Assembly (NCBI RefSeq): GCF_006345805.1
Contig: NC_042998.1
Span: 108,376,001 to 108,440,000 of the forward strand
Length of the DNA stretch: 64,000 bases
Direction of reading: 5' to 3'
Origin: Octopus sinensis
Taxonomy: Eukaryota
Of the stretch, positions 54,908 through 64,000 are shown piece by piece. Numbering within the stretch: position 1 is the first letter of the stretch; the number at the start of each line of letters is the position of its first letter. Made by a program: the position numbers and the translations under genes. The notes under the pieces were generated by a model. The model worked only from the letters and a program-made list of their open reading frames with translations, did not search any database and was not told where the DNA came from.

Positions 54908-55069
54908 TTACAGGGTAAATGTTTTTAAATTTTCTCCTGGTTTACGGAATTGATTTTTATTTGCGGTTGAAGCTTTGGCTGTTATTTCTAGTGGGTGAAT
55001 GGCCTATTATGGCCGTTCCTTGATTGTTTATATATATATATTATATATATATATTATTATATATATATA

Positions 55070-55164
55070 AACAGTTGCGGGGATGTAAACACACAAACAT
55101 CGGTTGTCAAGCGATGGTAGGGGTACAAACAGACACAAACATAAACACAAACACAAACACATAC

Positions 55165-55249
<85 letters not shown>

Positions 55250-55412
55250 CGACGGGCTTCTTTCTGTTTCCGTCTACCAAGTCCACTCTCAAGGCTTTGG
55301 TCGGCTCGAGGCTATAGTAGAAGGCACCTGCCCAAAGTGTCATGCAGCGGCACTGAACCCGGAACCACTTGGTTGTGTGAAGCAAGCTTCTTACCACACA
55401 GCCACACCTGCG
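55070..55412 (-). mobile_element. SINE family 1, 5' half only
   Basis: Minus strand: cgcaggtgtggctgtgtggtaag head, B box, internal microsatellite, ends at ccccgcaact. Confidence 0.85.
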
Positions 55413-55439
55413 ATTATATTAGCACCTGCTAGAAAACTA

Positions 55440-55740
55440 ATTCATATTATTGTGCATATTGTTTTCTTTGTCCAAGGTCATTATGTCAGGCATGCGTTAT
55501 CTACATTTGACGGGATAGGGTGTCTTCACAAGAGCATTCCTCCAGTATTCTCCCACATGATGCGTGAGTTTGCCATCTATATTACTGCAGCTGTTATATT
55601 TTGATCTTGAGGAGTATCTTTCTAATGATTTGCAGTGTATCGTGTTTTAGCCACTATATCGTGTCTCACTGGTATATATCTCATGATATTTTCGGACAGT
55701 CGCTTCTTATGTTGCTCTTCAGTATTAATTCTACTGAGTA
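55440..55740 (-). mobile_element. R4-like fragment (region between CCHC and RLE)
   Basis: Minus strand YIPVRHDIVAK..EYWRNALVKT..PDIMTLDKE, upstream-homologous to the 1140-1600 type. Confidence 0.6.
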
Positions 55741-56764
55741 TTTAATCGACCACAAAAGCAATGAAAGGATAAGTTGATCTAGGCGAAAATTGTACTCAGA
55801 ACGTAATGACAGACGGAACGTCGCAAAACATTTTGTCTAGTGTACAAACGATTCTGCCAGGTCACTGCCTTACCACCAGCAATAATATTTAAGTCCAAGG
55901 CCTGAAATTTAAGTCCAAGGCCTGAAATTTCGGGCTAAGTCGATTACATCGACCCCATTTTCAACTGGTACTTATTCTATCGACTCCGAAAGGATAAAAA
56001 GTAAAGTCGACCTCGGCGGAATTTGAAACTACCAGCAGTGATATAAACAGAAACATCACTACCTTTACGAATAACAACAATTCCATCAACCGCAGAGCAA
56101 TGCGATTACTACCAACATAAATAATACCAGAACATCGACAATATTAGTGTGTGTATATGTGTGTGTACGTGTATGTAAGTATTATGTAACTATATGTTTG
56201 TGTATGTACAGAATTCGTTCACCTTCAGACTTGTGGGGGAGGAAGTGATGTTAAACTCGTCTATTAGAAACCAGCTTCAAAACCTGTTTAACTACTGTCG
56301 ACAGGTGTACATACTCATTGAACCCCACACAAACAACTGCACACACAAGTACACACGCTCACGTGCACACACATGCACAGACATGCGCACATACTCAGTG
56401 CATGTGTGTGCGCGTGTGTATGTGGTCGCATTTATATTTACCAAGACTAATTATTTCTATCGATTTTCAGTGGTATGTGACGAGCGAAATCGTTGGGATC
56501 GACCTTATTCTTCATCACCCAAAGGTCAATAAAATAAATACCAACAAAGCGCTAATGTAGATATAATCAGTCTTACATCTCACTAGAAATTTCTGCGCAA
56601 TATTCACTATTGGTGTCAAACCTTGACACAAGATCAGATATTGCCGGGCAGGAGTGCAGACGATGGAATAGCACAACAATGTGCATCCTCAGAGGAATGA
56701 AATACAAAGTAAACTTCCATAGATTGTACACATACATACATACATACATACATACATACATACA

Positions 56765-56801
<37 letters not shown>

Positions 56802-56879
56802 ATATGTGTGTGTGTGTGTGTAAAGAGATAATTTTGTATGTATGCTAAGAGTTGAAACGTTGGTGTAACCATGATATTT

Positions 56880-58277
56880 TGGTGATCTGGCGAGCTGCTA
56901 GCTTTCTTGTCACTTATCAGTCAGAATATCTAAGGCAGTAGTTTTAGCACTGGTTTTCATGCGCTTAGCTTTTTCTGCGCTTGTTTCTCGTATATCTAAT
57001 TCTGGAATTTGTTGTATTCGGAATTTACTTAGATATTCCTTTGCCTGTTTTGTTACTGACTATGATGCTTTCTGGTTTTCACGTTTTGAGACAGTCCTCA
57101 GAGTTTTTCAGGTAGGTGTCTAGGGCAACTGTAACAATCTTCATCGTTAATGCCAGTTGTAAAAGTCGCTCTACATCTGCCTTAGGGTGGTGCATTCCAT
57201 GCATTGTCAACAATGCATGGAATGCACCACCCTCTATGTTTAGCCCCTTGTGGGTAATAAAGAAATAAGTATTACTCTCAGCCTGAGATAACATTCTCGT
57301 CTGATCATTTCCCTCATCACTGCGTGTTTGATTCTGTCTCCTTAATTACCCCTAGGTATCTGTAACTCTTCGCTGGTTCTAACTCTTGTATGACATTCTG
57401 GTGATCAAGGTTAACGTTAGATGTTTCTGTCAATTTTCCTTTGATAAAGGTAGCTTTTGCACATTTATCGAGACCAAATTGCATCCTGATGTCATCACTG
57501 AATTGTTTAACAATCGTTAGTAATCCCTTGAGTTGTTGGTCATTTTTTGCAAATAGCTTTAAATCATCCATGTAAATAAGATGATTTATATTTTTATCAA
57601 ACATTTTATAACCGTACTGTGCATCATTGAGCAATTTTGAGAGAGGTATTAAGGCTAGACAAAAGAGGAGTGGTGATAGTGAGTAACCCTGGAAAATACA
57701 ACATGAAATTCTTACATCTCCAGCATTTAGAGATTCATTGTCCCTGTTCAGTCAATGTGGTTCTCCATGACCTCATACTTACAGGAAAAACGTTTCGCAG
57801 AGTAGGTGCTATTTTATACATTTCCAAACATTTCTTAATCCAGCTATGTGGTAGGCTAACAAAAGCATTTTTATAGTCTATCCAGGCTATTGACAAGCTT
57901 TTGAGTTGTTTGTGACAATCTTCTAAGATCATCTTATTGATGAGTAGCTGATCTTTACATCGTTTTTGCTCATTAGGAAATATGCTACTTTCTATTAAAA
58001 AACTATAGGTATATTAGAGTTTTATACATTGTTGTTAAGCAGGTTATGGGTCGACAATCTTTTGGTTCATTTGTTTCTTCATTTTGTGGAAGTAGGAATG
58101 TTAAACTATTAACTAGCCAAGAGGGGATCATACTTCCATTTGCTTGATCTCCTGAGAGCAGATCATATATTCTACCATGACACCCTCCCGCATTTGCTCA
58201 TCTAAAGAGTCTAAATCTGTAGAATTTCTATCAATGCAAGGGGCATTTTCATTGTGTGTTTTTTTCTTCTGCTCAAA

Positions 58278-58280
<3 letters not shown>
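56880..58280 (-). mobile_element. R4/Dong-like reverse transcriptase fragment
   Basis: LSIAWIDYKNAFVSLPHSWI, GIFQGYSLSPLLFCLALIPLS, NHLIYMDDLKLFAKN..FGLDKCA..YRYLGV; frameshifted. Confidence 0.9.
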
Positions 58281-58360
<80 letters not shown>

Positions 58361-58361
<1 letters not shown>

Positions 58362-58833
58362 GAGTGAGAGAGAGAGCAGTGCATGCCATCAAAGTGACAC
58401 TGGGGTAAAATATACGAAGCCCAATATACCCATCATGACTACCCGTCTGATAAAGGTACACCAGGCACATGCATCACAACCATATGTGCGCGACATGGTG
58501 ATCTATATCAAGATAAACAGCACATGATCTTGCAGGTGGGGCCCAGTTAGAATTTTCTTCATTTTGAGTAGCCCATCCTGCTCAAACGGTCCCTGAATAA
58601 GGGTTGTTTAAGGATGTTGAAAGAACCACCCATGTTTCCAGAGGTGAACTATTCAAACCCCAAAGAATCCCTCTCAACACATGGCTATGATGCTCCCCCA
58701 CTACTTCTGCTCGTGATCAGAGATGCACATATCGTCAGCCACTAAGGGACATGCTCAACTGGTTAAGGTCAAACAACTAACAAGCAAATCTGTGGTATTG
58801 AGCAGAATATTTGCTGTAGCCCATCTTTTATAC

Positions 58834-58834
<1 letters not shown>
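58361..58834 (-). mobile_element. AAT-anchored element, copy 5 (truncated)
   Basis: Reverse complement of copy 1, lacking about 80 bp at the ccctgatg end. Confidence 0.85.
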
Positions 58835-58911
<77 letters not shown>

Positions 58912-58975
58912 CATTATTATCATCATCATCATCATCATCATCATCCTCATCATCATCATCATCATCACCACCACC

Positions 58976-59064
<89 letters not shown>

Positions 59065-59087
59065 CATCATTATCATTATTATCATTA

Positions 59088-59568
59088 TTGAGTGAGAGAG
59101 CAGCGCATGCAATCATATTGACACTAGGGTAACATGTACGAAGCCGAGTATACACATGATGACTACCCGTCTGATAAGGGTATACTAGGCACATGCATCA
59201 CAACCATATGTGCACGACATGTGATCTCATATCAAGATAAACAGCGCATGACCCTGCAGGTGGAGCCAAGTTAGAATTTTCTTCTGGTCGAGTAGCCCAT
59301 TCCGCTCAAAAGGTCTCTGAATAAGGGTTGTTTAAGGATGTTGAACGAAACACCCATGTTTCCAAAGGTGAATTATCCAAACCTCCCTAAATTCCTCTCA
59401 ACACACGGCTACGATGCTCCCCCACTACTTCTGCTTGTGATCAGAGATGTATATATCGTCAGCCACTTAGGGACATGGTCAACTTGTTATGGTCAAACAA
59501 CTGACAAGCAAATCTATGGTATTGAGCAGAATATTAGCTGTAGCCCATCTTTAATACCAAGACAAAGC

Positions 59569-59647
<79 letters not shown>

Positions 59648-60152
59648 CATCATTATCATTATTATCATTATTGAGTGAGAGAGCAGCGCATGCAATCATA
59701 TTGACACTAGGGTAAAATGTACGAAGCCGAGTATACACATGATGACTACCCGTCTGATAAGGGTATACTAGGCACATGCATCACAACCATATGTGCACGA
59801 CATGGTGATCTCATATCAAGATAAACAGCGCATGACCCTGCAGGTGGAGCCAAGTTAGAATTTTCTTCTGGTCGAGTAGCCCATTCCGCTCAAAAGGTCT
59901 CTGAATAAGGGTTGTTTAAGGATGTTGAACGAAACACCCATGTTTCCAAAGGTGAATTATCCAAACCTCCCTAAATTCCTCTCAACACACGGCTACGATG
60001 CTCCCCCACTACTTCTGCTTGTGATCAGAGATGTATATATCGTCAGCCACTTAGGGACATGGTCAACTTGTTATGGTCAAACAACTGACAAGCAAATCTA
60101 TGGTATTGAGCAGAATATTAGCTGTAGCCCATCTTTAATACCAAGACAAAGC

Positions 60153-60153
<1 letters not shown>
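59088..60153 (-). mobile_element. AAT-anchored element, copies 6 and 7 (near-identical tandem pair, period 583)
   Basis: 59088-59569 and 59671-60153 share diagnostic substitutions and the same ccaagacaaagctt breakpoint. Confidence 0.85.
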
Positions 60154-60522
<369 letters not shown>

Positions 60523-60898
60523 TAATAAAATTTTGGAATAAAATTTGGGCAGAAAAAACCTTATGAATGCTAGAGGGTATATCACCCGAAATGTTTTGTT
60601 AACGAGCAAGATGAGGACAAATATCAGTCAAATGTAAATAATATAAATAATATACATAATTCCTCATCTTTTACATATAGAACTATATTACTTTTCGTGC
60701 CAGCCCATTACTCTTCCGAACTGAGACATGTGGACGACGGAGTGAAAGTTGTGAAAAAAACCTTAGTGCACAGCACAAGAAATTTAGCTAGAATTATTTT
60801 ACATTCATTTGAGTTATGTGAGCTACCCACTGTGATGGGGGTTACGTTTTTCAGCAATCTGTAGTAGAAAAAGAAAAAGCACTAGCGACATACATGAC

Positions 60899-61001
<103 letters not shown>

Positions 61002-62179
61002 GAGTTTATAGATAAGAATGAATGGGCTCATTGCGTGATCACTTGAAGGCCTGTGCGGTCTGAGAAAGGCTATAGTGTAATATAAAGAACACATCAATAA
61101 TTTGAAAATGGTTACTGGATTTCTGTAATGTGTATTTCGCTTCTGTCTGAAGAAGCTTTCGGATGGACAATTCACATACAAACCACATGGACACAAACAT
61201 TAGTACACACAAACATATATACATGTTTATACAATACATATATGTATATATATATATATATACATATATACCTGTGTGTGTAATAATATTTGTCTCTGTG
61301 TGGTTTGTATGCAGCTGTGTGAGTCTAGTTGCGTAATTTTTTAGCGTGTTTATGCTTACATGTATGTGCTTATATAAAGAAGTGAGCATCGTTTTGGTTT
61401 CACTACAGTTCATCGGGATAAAAAGTATGTTGAGGTCTTTTGGACTTTTAACTCTATTTGAAAATAACTGTTGTTCAATACGATCTATCGGTTTAATCTT
61501 TATAATCTCCAGCTGTTTGTTCCCTATTGAAATCGTTCATATGAACTTTATATACATTTTATTTACTTTAACAGCTTTACTTTCCCTCCTGTCCTTTCCC
61601 GTGTTTTCTTAACATTAACGATGATAAATTCTCTCAACTTAGATCCAGTACCTTAATTGATATAAACAAAATATAACAATGACCATACCAATCTAATTTT
61701 ATCTAGTATCAATCCTCCATAGATTGTGTTCATGTATATATATATATATATATATAAAGAAATAATTTTGTATGTATGCTTAGAGTTGAAACATTGGTGT
61801 AACCATGATGTTCTGGTAATCTGCTAGCTATCTTTATCTGTACTGCATTGTAAATAATCATTTGTATTGTACAATGTACAGCATGCATATTAGTACAGAC
61901 ATATAAACAATTTATTATACAGTGAAATTATTATTACATGATGAAATGGCCGTAATCCTAAGTGGTTAATTAAAAATATTAACCTCACATATCTCCTGTC
62001 TTATTATGGTTAATAATGAAATAATCTCATCAAACAGATGGCCTGGATTTCACATCCAAAGAACACTGCATTATACTTTTTCGTATTGGCTTACTATGTT
62101 GTCAGCTAGCCGGGTCCGGTGGAGGTGCTCTCTATGATAACCACACGATTCTATGAATCCATATATTGCACTACAAATT

Positions 62180-62215
<36 letters not shown>

Positions 62216-62590
62216 TGCCGTGTTATTAAAATTTAAACCTCACGTTAAATTTTCAGTATTTAGAACTGCCTCTATATACCTGTATATTGAAGGTGAATCT
62301 GTGAAGATGCCTCATTTGGTCTCATTTTGCTGTAATAAACAGCTACGAATGACCAAGAGTACATATGTAAAGCAAAACAAACCAGGAGAGTTGTTTACAT
62401 ATTTAGCTGCATCATCTTAGGCACGTATCATTATCAATGAATAGATATTGGTTATATAACACAATCGAGTGAATTATCAAGTCTTCTGAAATAACGTAAC
62501 TTTCATTGGTAAACTTTTGTATTGATACAGGTCTAAATTGTGTATCACGCTGTATTGCAGGTCAGATGTTTGTTGATATTTTGAATATTA

Positions 62591-63963
62591 CACAGTGTAC
62601 AAATGTGAAACTCGGTCCACTGAAAGATCCTAGGTAGGTACGTAGGCAGCGAACATTTCAATCGTATTGATGAGCTACATACCGAGTTATGTTGAGTTAT
62701 GTATTTTTGAAGTGCTTTCAACTGTGTCAGGCTTTATTGCAGGTGTACGAATATGCCCCTGGAACGACGCCTGACAGCTACAGAGAAGACGCAGATTGTT
62801 GCAGGTCTCACAGAAAGCTTATGTGTGGGAGAATTAGCCCAAGAGCTTGGTCGGGATACAAGAACATTGAAGGCGTATGTGAAAAACCCCATCACCAAAC
62901 CAAGACAACATAAAGGTACGAGAAGTGTATCACAGCGTGACATCCGAAAAATAGGTAAACATATTTGAAAGTGTTGCTCCTTTGTCCAGAAGCACCCGGT
63001 GTAGGATCCTTAAAGAGACGGCCAGAAGTGTTAAGTGCATCACTAGACCCATCCTAAGCAAGAACCACAAAGAGAAGCGTATTGACTGGGCACGGAAGTA
63101 TATGAAGATCAATTTCAAAAGATGTCTTCTCCGCGGAAGAGGCCAGAGGTACTCTGGACGGCCCCGATGGATGGGCCAAAGTTTGGGTACGTCTTGGAGT
63201 TTTTCGCACGCATCACATTCGGCGTCAACAAGGAGGTAGTGGTGTCATGTTTTGGGCGGGTATCATAAGAAATGAACTAGTCTGGCCTTTCCGAGTGCCA
63301 GAAGGTGTAAAACTCACCAGCAACTCCTTCACCGCGTTTCTGGAGGAGAATTTTCATTGATTTTTATTCATGACAATGCTCCTTCACTTTCAGCCAAGGC
63401 TACAATTTCGTACCTCACAACTTTGGGAATCATAGGCCAATCACCCGTGACTTGGCTTCCCTCTTCTCCTGACCTAAACCCTATCGAACAGCTCTGGTCG
63501 ACCTTGAAGAGGTAAGTGTATGAAGGGGGTATCCAGTTTTCATCGAAGGATACACTGTGAGAAAAGATCAAAACAATTGCTGATATGATATTTTCTCAGA
63601 TTAGTCGGCTTACAGCTTCTGTGGACAAAAGACTGTTTGATGTCATTTCTAAACAAGGAAGTTACATAAACAAGTAAAGTACAGCACAAACAATTTAATT
63701 ATGTTTGTTTCATATCTTTTGCTGCTATTCTCCAGTAGCGTGTTTCGTTATTACAATAAAATGATAATATAACGATATTTTGTCATTACCTTAAATTGAC
63801 GTTTTAGTACACTTGCAATAAAGAGTGACACAGTTGAAAGCACCTCAAAATACATAACTCAACATAACTTTGTATGTAGCTTATCAATACGACTGAAATG
63901 TTCACTGAGTACGCACCTACTTAGGATCTTTCAGTGGACCAAGTTTCACGTTTGTACAATGTT
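62591..63963 (+). mobile_element. Tc1-like DD37E (TRT-like) transposon, near full length, disrupted
   Basis: TIRs of about 120 bp with TA flanks; MPLERRLTATEKTQIV.., RRQQGGSGVMFWAGII..PFRVPEGVK, HDNAPS..SPDLNPIE with 37 residues between D and E; stops, frameshifts and an internal deletion. Confidence 0.9.
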
Positions 63964-64000
63964 TATTATTAAAAATATCAAAAACAAATTTGACCGGCAA

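Larger units (their letters stand above)
53400..55028. mobile_element. 490-bp HHR-bearing unit, two tandem plus two inverted copies (PLE terminal repeat or retrozyme-like)
   Basis: Unit starts recur at 53401/53891 and 54231/54721; inversion junction at 54231-54232; TA tracts on both flanks; copies differ at only a few positions. Confidence 0.9.

Noticed and set aside
53400-55028. CRISPR-like or coding array
   Set aside because: Units are 490 bp with no unique spacers and no sustained ORF; context is eukaryotic repeat DNA.
58370-58450. Twister-like arrangement (CTGG..AAGCCCAG) in the AAT-anchored element
   Set aside because: Lacks the conserved cleavage-site loop and a convincing P1, and lies antisense to the inferred element orientation.
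60568-60600. GA-GGGT atatc ACCC-GAAA, resembling HHR helix II
   Set aside because: Upstream core and helix I are not recognisable; at most a remnant.

Overview
AT-rich, microsatellite-saturated eukaryotic DNA, almost entirely repeat-derived, with one 100-N assembly gap at 19051-19150. The repeat landscape suggests an octopod cephalopod (inference, not proven). I found no host protein-coding exon, rRNA, authentic tRNA or CRISPR array; nearly all listed ORFs are microsatellite artefacts or transposon fragments. Recognisable elements: five decayed Tc1/mariner copies (two D34D-type mariners, one mariner derivative with two 5' ends, a rosa-like fragment, a DD37E Tc1), R4/Dong-like RLE non-LTR fragments clustered in (AAT)n, a Tx1/L1-like LINE, CR1/L2-like 3' ends, several tRNA-derived SINE families, a non-autonomous Helitron and Penelope-like (PLE) fragments. 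The main signal is a set of about 14 type I hammerhead ribozyme (HHR) motifs, found by eye, in at least 7 dissimilar sequence contexts. Most lie in head-to-head inverted and/or tandem PLE-like terminal repeats bounded by (TA)n. They include a 490-bp unit arranged as two tandem plus two inverted copies, each with an HHR (retrozyme-like). They also show covariation of the 3-8 tertiary pair (C-G, U-A, A-U), and one inverted arm starts 1 nt from the predicted cleavage site. Ribozyme activity is predicted from sequence only.
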